Assembly (NCBI GenBank): GCA_964577555.1
Contig: CAZNZM010000007.1
Location: 25,586-57,585, forward strand
From: an uncultured archaeon
GTDB taxonomy: Archaea > Iainarchaeota > Iainarchaeia > Iainarchaeales > Iainarchaeaceae
Reading direction: 5' to 3'
Length of the DNA stretch: 32,000 bases
Shown: positions 23,884-32,000 of the stretch, one piece after another
Numbering within the stretch: position 1 is the first letter of the stretch
Layout of the letters: every line of letters starts with the position of its first letter
Made by a program: the position numbers and the translations under genes
The notes under the pieces: model-generated
Told to the model about the DNA's origin: nothing
Databases searched by the model: none
The model's input: the letters and a program-made list of their open reading frames with translations, nothing else

Positions 23884-26157
23884 ATGGGTTTTGTTTCGCA
23901 TCCTTTGATAAAGCCTGAACAAATAGAATCTAAGCTTTATCAAGAAGTGCTTGCTGCTCGTGCGCTTGAAAAGGGCAACACTTTGATAGTTGCTCCGACT
24001 GCGCTTGGTAAGACAATAATTGCGATACTTGTTGCTGCAGAAATACTTAAAAGAGGGCAGAAAGTTTTGTTTCTTTCTCCCACAAAGCCTTTGGCTGTTC
24101 AACATGGCGCATCCATGAAAAAATTTCTGAATGTTGATGAAAATCAAATAATAGTTCTTACAGGAGCACTTGGCAGGGAGAAAAGAATTCAAGCTCTTGA
24201 AAATGCTTTGGTTGTTTCTGCCACGCCACAGGCAATTCAAAATGACATTGTTTTGGGCCAATTTCCAATACAAGACTTTGGCTTGATTATTTTTGACGAA
24301 TGCCATAAAGCAGTTGGAAATTATAGTTACGTTTTTATTGCAGAACAATACATGCGCAATTGCAAAAATCCTCTTATACTTGGCTTGACGGCATCGCCTG
24401 GAGCGGACGACGAAAAAATTCAAAGCATTTGCAGAAATCTTTTTATTAAAAATGTGGAAGTGAAAACACACAACGATGCAGATGTAAAGGATTATGTCAA
24501 CCCCATAAATGTAAAATGGGTTCGCGTTGATTTGCCTGAAAAATTTCTTGAAGCAAAAAAATTGTTGGAAAAATTCCAAAAAAACCAAACAGATTCCTTG
24601 AAAGAAATGGGTTTCGGTTTAGGCAAAAAATATTTTTCAAAAAAAGACATGTTAATGTTGCAAAGCCAGGTAAGGCGAGATATAATATCAAAAGGAAAAA
24701 CCATGCCTTCTTTGTACGGCGCAGCAATGAAAATAGCTTCTTTGATAAAAGCTTCCTATGCTTTGGAACTTCTTGAAACCCAAGGCATAGAAGCGCTGAA
24801 TGCATATTTTGACAAAATATATGGCGAAAGCAAAGGCTCGAAGCCTTTGAAATCAGTCAAGCAATTAGTGTCAGATCCAAACATAATAAAGGCAAGGGAA
24901 ATAGCAAAAGAACTTTTAGATAAAAAAATGGTTCATCCGAAAATAGAAGTGTTGAAAAAAATTATTTTGGAACAATTCAAAAAAAATCCGGAAAGCAAAA
25001 TAATAGTTTTCAACCATTATCGCGAAAACATAAGAGCGCTTGAAAACCACCTTGCTGAAATTGAAGTAATCAGGGCAAAAAGATTTGTAGGCCAAGCATC
25101 CAAAGGAGATGACAAAGGACTCACGCAAAAAGAACAATCCGAAATAATAAATGATTTGAAAAACGGAAAGTATAATTGTCTTCTTGCTTCAAGCGTTGCA
25201 GAAGAAGGACTTGACATTCCTGAAGTTGATTTGGTAGTATTTTACGAGCCAGTGCCTTCAGAAATAAGATACATACAAAGAAGAGGTCGTACAGGAAGAA
25301 AAAACGAGGGAAACGTCGTCATTTTAATGGCCCGAAACACAAGGGATGAAGCATTTTATTATTCAAGCAAATCAAAAGAAAGAAAAATGCAAGAAGCCTT
25401 AAAGCAATTGCAAAAGCCTGAAGCAATACCGGAAAAAATTGCCAACAACGATAAGCAAACAACTTTGTTGGGTTTTATTCAAAACGAAAAAAAAGTCGCT
25501 ATATTCATAGATACAAGGGAACAGGCTTCAAGCATTGTTTCTGAATTGCAAAAATTTGATGTTGAAATAAAAATAAAGCAATTAGATGTAGGAGACTTCA
25601 TATTAAGCAATGATGTAGTGGTTGAAAGAAAAACAATCGAGGATTTTTTGAGTTCGGTAATTGACGGAAGGCTTTTCAATCAACTCACCTTGATGTCTTC
25701 AACATATGCCGCTCCACTGATAATTTTGGAAGGCAAGCCGGAAGAACTCTATACAACCAGAAACATTCACGAAAATGCTGTTAGAGGAATTCTTGCCTCA
25801 ATTGCATTGAATTACAGAATCCCAATACTTTTCACAGCAGGAGTGGAAGAAACAGCAAAATTGCTTTTTATAATGGCTAAAAGAGAGCAACTTGGCACTG
25901 AGAAGGAAATAAGATTAAGATTTGGGCGGAAAGGCTTGACAATGCAAGAACAGCAACAATTCATATTGGAAGGTTTTCCAATGGTGGGCCCAAGCCTTGC
26001 AAAGTCGCTTCTCAAAAAATTTGGGACAATCAGGGCTATTGTTTGCGCTACTGTAAAGGAACTTCAAGAAGTTGAAAACATGGGGCCAATAAAAGCAAAA
26101 AAGATACATGAAATATTGAATGCATATTACAATCAAGAAAACAATAATGATTCATAA
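23884..26157 (+). CDS. hef: Hef-type helicase/nuclease (SF2 helicase + ERCC4 nuclease + HhH)
   Basis: 757 aa; APTALGKTIIAILVA, IFDECHKAVGNYSY, YIQRRGRTGRK, FIDTREQ, VVVERKTIEDFLSSVIDGRLFNQ, C-terminal GFPMVGPSLAKSLLKKFGTI. Confidence 0.96.
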   Translation: MGFVSHPLIKPEQIESKLYQEVLAARALEKGNTLIVAPTALGKTIIAILVAAEILKRGQKVLFLSPTKPLAVQHGASMKKFLNVDENQIIVLTGALGREKRIQALENALVVSATPQAIQNDIVLGQFPIQDFGLIIFDECHKAVGNYSYVFIAEQYMRNCKNPLILGLTASPGADDEKIQSICRNLFIKNVEVKTHNDADVKDYVNPINVKWVRVDLPEKFLEAKKLLEKFQKNQTDSLKEMGFGLGKKYFSKKDMLMLQSQVRRDIISKGKTMPSLYGAAMKIASLIKASYALELLETQGIEALNAYFDKIYGESKGSKPLKSVKQLVSDPNIIKAREIAKELLDKKMVHPKIEVLKKIILEQFKKNPESKIIVFNHYRENIRALENHLAEIEVIRAKRFVGQASKGDDKGLTQKEQSEIINDLKNGKYNCLLASSVAEEGLDIPEVDLVVFYEPVPSEIRYIQRRGRTGRKNEGNVVILMARNTRDEAFYYSSKSKERKMQEALKQLQKPEAIPEKIANNDKQTTLLGFIQNEKKVAIFIDTREQASSIVSELQKFDVEIKIKQLDVGDFILSNDVVVERKTIEDFLSSVIDGRLFNQLTLMSSTYAAPLIILEGKPEELYTTRNIHENAVRGILASIALNYRIPILFTAGVEETAKLLFIMAKREQLGTEKEIRLRFGRKGLTMQEQQQFILEGFPMVGPSLAKSLLKKFGTIRAIVCATVKELQEVENMGPIKAKKIHEILNAYYNQENNNDS

Positions 26158-26699
26158 AAAAATTGAAATCTAAGACGCTTCAAAGGTTTTTCTCACTTTT
26201 GTTTTATCGGAATTTTTTACAATTAAATTTTTTTGGCTTTTCTAGCCAAGTTTTAGACTTTTTTTGAATTTGAATTTGTTTTTTTTGATTTATTTTATTT
26301 TTTTGTCTTTGTTGGCTTGTTTTTTTTGTTTGAATTTTTGTTTTTTTTATCGTGCTGTTTTTTGTTATTTTTCTTTTTTTGAATTCTTTTTTTTGCGAGC
26401 CAATTTTTTTGTTTGAATTTTTGTTTTTTTTGGCTTGTTTTTTTTAGTCATTTTTTTGTGAATTTGTTTTTTTTGATTTGCTTGGTTCTTTAATTTGAAA
26501 AATTATTTTTTTGCAAGCCATTTTTTGGGGCGATTTTTTTTAAGTTTTGATTTTTTTGGTGTTTGTTTTTTTGCAGTATTTTTTTTGAGTCGACTTTTTT
26601 TTTAATTTTGGGATTTTTGTAGAAATAAATTATTTTTTTGTTTTTTCTTTTTCTTTTTGGCTAAATAAATTTTCGTCTTTTTTTTATTCAGTTTCACTT
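26158..26699 (+). other. T-saturated convergent intergenic spacer A with recurring AGCCA motif
   Basis: Long T-tracts on + strand; TTTGCGAGCCAATTTTTTT at 26392..26410, TTGCAAGCCATTTTTT at 26511..26526. Confidence 0.7.
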
Positions 26700-27227
26700 T
26701 TATTTTTCCAATGTGACAAAAGCTGTTTTTTCCACTACAAGCATTTCAATGTTATTTTTAACATCTTTTACTGAGTTTAATTCGTCTTCTGAAATTTCGT
26801 AAATTTTCATTAGTTCGGCTTTGTTATTGCCCAATTTTTCCAAAATTTGTTTTTTTTCTTCAAAATCAAGCAACTTTATGATTTCATTTATTTTATTTTT
26901 GTTGTTTTCCTCGATCACAAGCAATAAATCTTCATTTCCAAAAACACTTTTGTCAATCGCTTTTGATATTTGTCTCTCACCAAGTACGCGAACAATAAAT
27001 TCAATATTAGGGTTTTGTGAAAATGCAACTCCTGAATCAATTGCAGCAATTGTCCTAGCTAGAGCGGTTTTTAAATGAAATTTTCCTGCTACAATTTTTG
27101 CCGGAATTATTTGGCAAAGATTGTTTTTTCCTAAAAGCGCAAGCTTTTTAATAGTCGCGTTATATGAATCATTAGATATTTTTCCGGAAAAAACCGTGAA
27201 AAATTTTTTTCCAATTGAAATTTTCAT
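26700..27227 (-). CDS. KEOPS complex subunit Cgi121-like protein
   Basis: 175 aa; HLKTALARTIAAIDSGVAFSQNPNIEFIVRVLGERQISKAIDKSV. Confidence 0.8.
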   Translation of the reverse strand: MKISIGKKFFTVFSGKISNDSYNATIKKLALLGKNNLCQIIPAKIVAGKFHLKTALARTIAAIDSGVAFSQNPNIEFIVRVLGERQISKAIDKSVFGNEDLLLVIEENNKNKINEIIKLLDFEEKKQILEKLGNNKAELMKIYEISEDELNSVKDVKNNIEMLVVEKTAFVTLEK

Positions 27228-27270
27228 GGAAAATTGTTGTATTTTAAAAATTTAAAAAGGTTGTTTTTTT

Positions 27271-27771
27271 ATGACACAGTGGCACATTAAAAGCAAAAGA
27301 AAAATAACTGGCGGCATAGACAGAAGCCACAGCAGGAGTGATAAAAGGCTTGCTTGGATAGGCGGGGATCCGTCGGAAACAACAATAGCTTCTGAAACAG
27401 AGCCACAAAGGAAAGTGGTTAAAGGGCTTGGAAGCACTAAAAAAGTCAAATTAAAAGCTGATAAATATGTTATTGCAACTGACAAGAAAACGGGAAAAGC
27501 AAAAAAACTTGAAATATTGACTGTTGTTGAAAACAAGGCTGACCGCCAATTTGCAAGAAGAAATATTATAACAAAAGGCGCGGTCATAAAAGCTAAAGAC
27601 GGACAAATTGAAGTGTTTGTCAAAGTAACTTCAAGGCCAGGGCAATCAGGAACAATACACGGCATTATACTTGAAAAATTCGAAAAAGAAGGCGAAAAAG
27701 CCAAAAAAGAAAAAAGAGAATCAAAAAAGCCTCAAAAACCTTCCAAAAATCTTGAAGAGGCTAAAAAATGA
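27271..27771 (+). CDS. rps8e: 30S ribosomal protein S8e with Lys-rich C-terminal extension
   Basis: 166 aa; N-terminal MTQWHIKSKRKITGG, SRPGQSGTIHGIILE, then EGEKAKKEKRESKKPQKPSK. Confidence 0.9.
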   Translation: MTQWHIKSKRKITGGIDRSHSRSDKRLAWIGGDPSETTIASETEPQRKVVKGLGSTKKVKLKADKYVIATDKKTGKAKKLEILTVVENKADRQFARRNIITKGAVIKAKDGQIEVFVKVTSRPGQSGTIHGIILEKFEKEGEKAKKEKRESKKPQKPSKNLEEAKK

Positions 27772-27952
27772 TAAATCTGCTTAAATTAGCTCTTTTTAAA
27801 CAATGTTTTTAACAGTAAAATTTATAAATGTTCGTAGGAGCATTTATATAAGTTCTCATGTTCTCTTTTTTTTGTAAAGCACATTCATTACCTAATTGGA
27901 ACAGGAACAGAATTATTTTTTGACATATTTGGAAAAGGACAGGAGTGATGGT

Positions 27953-28861
27953 ATGGTAGAAGTCAAATGTCCAGAGTGCAAAAGCACAAAAGTAAGAAGG
28001 GACGATGAAAAAGGTGAAATAGTTTGCCAAGATTGTGGCCTTATAATATCAGAAGATGAAGTCGATTTCGGCAAGGAGTGGAGAAGCTTTGATTCGGATC
28101 AAGCTGAAGAAAGGGCTAGAACAGGCTCTCCAATGAAATACGTCAAACTCAACAAAGGTTTAGTTACAATGATTGACAGGCGTGGCACTGATTTGAGGGG
28201 AAACAAACTTTCCACCAAGTCAAGGGCGCAAATGTACAGGTTAATAAAATGGCATAAAAGGGCATCAATAAGCTCTTCAATGCAGAGAAATCTTTCAATA
28301 GCACTTACAGAGTTGAGAAGAATTGCAAGTTATCTTAATACTCCTGAACAACTCGTTGAAGCAGCCGCATTGCTTTACAGAAAAACCGTAAAAAAAGGGT
28401 TGATAAGAGGCAGGTTAATAGAAGCAGTTGTTGCAGCAGTACTTTACACAGTTTGCAGAAACTACAACGTGCCAAGGACTTTGAATGAAATGGCTGAAGC
28501 ATCAGGCCTTACCAAAAAGGAAATTGGAAGAACGTACAGGTTTTTGGTTAGGGAACTTAAATTGGATATCCCGCTTACAAATCCTGTTCATTACATTCCA
28601 AGATTTGCTTCGGAACTTAACCTTTCAGGAGAAGTCCAAGAAGAAGGCAGAAAAATACTTGAAGAAGCCATTAAAAAAGGACTTATCTCAGGCAGGGGTC
28701 CAACAGGAGTTGCTGCTGCTGCAGTTTACATTGCAGGGCTTTTGAAAGGCGAAAGAAGGACACAAAAAGAAGTTGCAAATGTAGCAGGCGTTACCGAAGT
28801 TACTATAAGAAACAGGTATCGCGAACTGAAGAAAAAATTGGACATAGAAGTGGTGGCTTAA
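27953..28861 (+). CDS. tfb: Transcription initiation factor IIB (TFB)
   Basis: Track ORF starts at TTG 27896; ATG at 27953 follows GGAGTGAT and begins MVEVKCPECKSTKVRRDD..CQDCGLIISE. Two cyclin-like repeats, e.g. RIASYLNTPEQLVEAAALLYRK. Confidence 0.96.
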   Translation: MVEVKCPECKSTKVRRDDEKGEIVCQDCGLIISEDEVDFGKEWRSFDSDQAEERARTGSPMKYVKLNKGLVTMIDRRGTDLRGNKLSTKSRAQMYRLIKWHKRASISSSMQRNLSIALTELRRIASYLNTPEQLVEAAALLYRKTVKKGLIRGRLIEAVVAAVLYTVCRNYNVPRTLNEMAEASGLTKKEIGRTYRFLVRELKLDIPLTNPVHYIPRFASELNLSGEVQEEGRKILEEAIKKGLISGRGPTGVAAAAVYIAGLLKGERRTQKEVANVAGVTEVTIRNRYRELKKKLDIEVVA

Positions 28862-29353
28862 AAAGCCACTTTTCCAATTTCTTTCAAAATTTCACTATTA
28901 AGTTTTTTTACTTTTTTTGTCTTTAAAAAATTTAACTTTTTTTTGGCGAGCCAGTTTGTTTTTTTTCTTTTTTTTGGTAAGCCAATTTTTTTTGGAATTT
29001 ATTTTTTTGATTTTTTTTATAACCATTTTTTTGTTTTTTAGGCCGGCAATTTTTTTACACCAGAGTCAGTTTTGTTTTTTTTGTGAGCCGTTTTTTTTGT
29101 TAATTAATTTTTTTTGCAAGCCAATTTTTTTTCAGTTATTTTTTGTGAATTTGTTTTTTTATTTCGTTTTAATTATTTTTTGTCTTGTTTGTTTTTTCCG
29201 AGCCTTTTTTTGGGATTTGTTTTTTTAAGCTAGCAAATTTTTTTTTACACCATGTTCTTGGCTGGTTTTTTTATTTTTTGCAAACTAAATTTTTCTGTCA
29301 ATTTGTTTTTTTCTAGCCAAAAATTTGTTTTTTGGGTAATAAGATTGATTAAT
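28862..29353 (+). other. T-saturated convergent intergenic spacer B with recurring AGCCA motif
   Basis: Motif copies at 28941..28957, 28971..28993, 29081..29098, 29111..29132. Confidence 0.7.
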
Positions 29354-29830
29354 TCATGCTTTTGCACGCGGCTCGATTTTTTGCTTTTTTATCCTTATTT
29401 CAAGAACGTTGTTATTAAACTCCGTTTTTATCGAAGACTTGTCAACAGGACAAGGAAGTTTTATGTTTTTTGAGAATTTTTTGGAAGTTTTAGATGAAAC
29501 TATTATCTTGCTGTTCAATATTTTTACATTAATATCTCGTTTCGACAATCCGTTTAATTCCACTGCAGCCACAAGTTCTTCGCCAAAATCAATCATTTCA
29601 ACCAATGGCTGTTCTTTTTTGCTATCGGATAATTGTGAAGCGCTGATAATTCCAAATTCTTTTACATTGACATACCCTTCGCTGTCAAGTATGAGTGTAA
29701 AACCTATTTTGAAAGGCTTTGTAAAATCAACATTTGCAGTATCAAGATTTTCAACAATTTCCCCCAATATCATTTCAAGAGTTTCAAAGTCAATTGAAGA
29801 ATTATCGTCTTTTTTTTGCCAACGCGACAT
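29354..29830 (-). CDS. Hsp20/alpha-crystallin-like protein
   Basis: 158 aa; LVAAVELNGLSKRDINVKILNSKIIVSSKTSKKFSKNIKLPCPVDKSSIKTEFNNNVLEIRIKK. Confidence 0.8.
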   Translation of the reverse strand: MSRWQKKDDNSSIDFETLEMILGEIVENLDTANVDFTKPFKIGFTLILDSEGYVNVKEFGIISASQLSDSKKEQPLVEMIDFGEELVAAVELNGLSKRDINVKILNSKIIVSSKTSKKFSKNIKLPCPVDKSSIKTEFNNNVLEIRIKKQKIEPRAKA

Positions 29831-29877
29831 GTTATTTTAAACCCCCATGGTTGAAATTGAATAATTAAAATATTTTT

Positions 29878-30528
29878 TTAAAATAATTTTTTTTGGTATT
29901 TTTGGTCTTGCAAGTCTTTGCTTGTCTGCCAGGACTTTCTTGCAAAGTCAGGCAACCGATTATTTTGTAAGAAATATTCCTTTAAAAAATTAATTGTGTC
30001 AGGGTCATGCGAGTACCCGGAACCGATTTTTCCATAAGTTTTGCATAATTTTTCTATTTCCATATCTCTTTCAACCTTGGCAATGATTGAAGCCGCTGAA
30101 ACTATTGGATAATTTTCGTCAGCCTTATGTTCTGAAATTATTTTAACATTGAAATCAAGGTATTTCTCAATTCTTTTACCAAAATCAGCCATTACAACAT
30201 CAGGACTATCAATATAAACAACTTTTGGTTTGTGCTTTAACATATTAAGAAGTTTTGCAGCTTTCATTGCTTCAAGTTCATTAAGCCCTTTTTTTTCAAC
30301 CATTCTGTCAATTTCATCAGGTTGAATGTGTATAGTATAATATTCCAACAAAATTTTTTTTATTTCAGGCAATTGTGTTTCCCGTTCAAATTTAGTCAGC
30401 TGTTTTGAGTCTTTCACTCCAAGGGTCTCAAGTTTTTCCTCTTCATTTTTTTCAATAACCGCAATGGCCATAACCATAGGGCCTATAACCGGACCGCGCC
30501 CAGCTTCATCAATTCCTGCAATAATCAT
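29878..30528 (-). CDS. rnhB: Ribonuclease HII
   Basis: 216 aa; IAGIDEAGRGPVIGPMV, GVKDSKQLTKFERE, ADENYPIVSAASIIAKVERD, GSGYSHDPDTINFL. Confidence 0.97.
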   Translation of the reverse strand: MIIAGIDEAGRGPVIGPMVMAIAVIEKNEEEKLETLGVKDSKQLTKFERETQLPEIKKILLEYYTIHIQPDEIDRMVEKKGLNELEAMKAAKLLNMLKHKPKVVYIDSPDVVMADFGKRIEKYLDFNVKIISEHKADENYPIVSAASIIAKVERDMEIEKLCKTYGKIGSGYSHDPDTINFLKEYFLQNNRLPDFARKSWQTSKDLQDQKYQKKLF

Positions 30529-30598
30529 AATTTATAAAAAAATAGAGGATAATAAAAAGACTATGTAAAAATAACAATCCAAAAAATCAGTTAAAGAT

Positions 30599-31294
30599 TT
30601 AGCCGTATTTTTCAGTCTTTACTTTATCTTTGGAAATCTTGTTTTCATAAAGCATGGCTTCAACATCAACAACCATTTGTGGCGGTCCGCAAATGAAATA
30701 ATAAGCACTAGGATTGTTTTTCACGATTTCAGAAATGCTGTTTGAATCTATGTGCCCGCATTCAAACCCATATTTTTTTTCTCTAGTAAGATAATAAACA
30801 AGTTTCATTCCAGGTATTTTTTTTGCAAATTCGTCCAAATCATGCCTGCAAATAATGTCGGCTTCGGTTTTGTTTGAATAATAAAGACTCACTTTGGTTT
30901 TTAGTTTATTGTCAATAATGTATTGACAAAAACACCTGAATGGCGCAATTCCAGAACCTGCCGCAATAAGCACTATTTCAGGCATTTTTTCTGATTCAAA
31001 CACAAAATGACCCCAAGGTCCGTCAAGCATGAATTCTTCCCCGACTTTTGCTTCATTCAACAATTTTGAAACATAACCGTTTGGCATTGCTTTTACAGTA
31101 AATTCAAGAATTCCTTTTCTTGTTGGCGAAGAAGAAACAGAGTAAGACCTTTTTGGTATTTTTTCCTGCCTCATAAATTCAATCATGAAAAATTGCCCTG
31201 GCTTGAAGTCTGGTCTGTCAGGCGATTCAAAAGTCAAGGTTTTTGAATCATGAGTTTCAATCTTTGTATTGACAAGCTTCATTTTTAATTTCAT
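30599..31294 (-). CDS. Ferredoxin reductase-like FAD/NAD(P)-binding oxidoreductase
   Basis: Track ORF extends to 31558 but homologous sequence begins near MKLKMKLVNTK. PKRSYSVSSSPT, LDGPWGHFVF, LIAAGSGIAPFRCF, YFICGPPQMV. Confidence 0.9.
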   Translation of the reverse strand: MKLKMKLVNTKIETHDSKTLTFESPDRPDFKPGQFFMIEFMRQEKIPKRSYSVSSSPTRKGILEFTVKAMPNGYVSKLLNEAKVGEEFMLDGPWGHFVFESEKMPEIVLIAAGSGIAPFRCFCQYIIDNKLKTKVSLYYSNKTEADIICRHDLDEFAKKIPGMKLVYYLTREKKYGFECGHIDSNSISEIVKNNPSAYYFICGPPQMVVDVEAMLYENKISKDKVKTEKYG

Positions 31295-31420
31295 GAAAAA
31301 TATAAAGATTAACACCTTATAAATTTCGCGGTTCCAAGATTTGTAACATAATATAGCCAAAAAAACAAGTTTTGGATAAACAATATTAAATTTATTGTAT
31401 TTCATTTTCAAAAGATAAAA

Positions 31421-31912
31421 ATGGATACTAAGACCGCAAAGAAAGTTATTGAAGCAGCATTGTTCACAGCGCCCGGCACAGTAACTTTTAAGGAACTTGT
31501 AAATTTGACAGGGCTTGGATTGGGAGAGATAAGAATAATTGTAAACGAATTGATTCATGATTATGAAGCAAGAGACACTTCGCTTGAAATAAGACTGGAT
31601 TCAGAAGGCGCAAAAATGACAGTAAAACCAGAATACGACAATCATGTCAGCCACATGGCCGCTTCGCCAGAATTACACAAAGGTATAATGAAAACTCTAG
31701 CATTCATCGCTTATAAACAACCAGTAAAACAATCTGAAGTAATTGAATTCAGGAACAGCAAAGCATACGAACACATAAAAATTTTAAGAGAAAAAGGTTT
31801 TATAAGAAAAGAAAAAAAAGGCATAACTTATATTCTTTATACCACTCCAAAATTCAAGGAATACTTTGGCAAAAAAGCTGAAAATAATCCAAAAATTGAA
31901 CAGCCACAATAA
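31421..31912 (+). CDS. scpB: Segregation and condensation protein B
   Basis: 163 aa; KKVIEAALFTAPGTVTFKELVNLTGLGLGEIRIIVNELI, ETLAFIAYKQPVKQSEV-like helix, IRKEKKGITYILYTTPKFKEYFG. Confidence 0.88.
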   Translation: MDTKTAKKVIEAALFTAPGTVTFKELVNLTGLGLGEIRIIVNELIHDYEARDTSLEIRLDSEGAKMTVKPEYDNHVSHMAASPELHKGIMKTLAFIAYKQPVKQSEVIEFRNSKAYEHIKILREKGFIRKEKKGITYILYTTPKFKEYFGKKAENNPKIEQPQ

Positions 31913-32000
31913 AAATATCAACCTATTTTGCAATCATTGTTTGTGTATATTGCTATTGCTGTTCCTAATAGTGTGTTGTTGATTGTGTTGTTGGTTATGT

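Noticed and set aside
23854-24588. 244-aa minus-strand ORF
   Set aside because: Antisense shadow of the well-supported hef gene; low-complexity Lys/Phe/Tyr composition with no motif.
27896-27952. TTG start extending TFB by 19 residues
   Set aside because: ATG at 27953 has a good SD (GGAGTGAT) and directly precedes the zinc-ribbon motif.
28917-29228. 103-aa Phe-rich ORF MSLKNLTFFWRASLFFFFFL...
   Set aside because: Translation of poly-T spacer (TTT = Phe); no coding composition. The DNA-level motif is the real signal.
29252-29473. 73-aa Phe-rich ORF
   Set aside because: Continues the T-rich spacer and runs antisense into the Hsp20-like gene.
30599-31558. Full 319-aa ORF as the oxidoreductase gene
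   Set aside because: The first ~88 residues (MNQFVYNYSYLSQ...) are low-quality upstream sequence covering the promoter region; the oxidoreductase starts near 31294 or 31282.

Overview
AT-rich archaeal chromosomal window. Evidence: split transketolase, KEOPS Cgi121-like protein, S8e, TFB, archaeal histone, Hef, intron-containing tRNA-Trp, leaderless TATA-type promoters. The left and right flanks are mostly core genes: GDH, transketolase halves, photolyase, cytidylate kinase, KaiC-like ATPase, Hef, Cgi121, S8e, TFB, Hsp20, RNase HII, FAD/NAD oxidoreductase, ScpB. At 9.4-12.8 kb is an ArsR-headed redox/permease operon with a dyad operator. The most interesting part is 12.8-23.3 kb, a candidate integrated element of about 10.5 kb. 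It is bounded by a 16-bp exact direct repeat (GGCAATGATGAGGTGA) and carries a tyrosine recombinase with a C-terminal zinc-ribbon-like tail, a MazF-like toxin + YwgA/SocA-like protein + winged-HTH triad, a PD-(D/E)XK-like mini-nuclease with a two-TM partner, and a type III-like Mod/Res pair. The Mod/Res pair is flanked by an unannotated 48-aa protein and a membrane coiled-coil protein. The element also has an orphan small-gene module and several unusual palindrome and repeat regions. Two other oddities are a decayed metallophosphoesterase remnant joined to a truncated lipoprotein leader, and two T-saturated convergent intergenic spacers sharing a recurring TTTGnrAGCCAATTTTTTTT motif.
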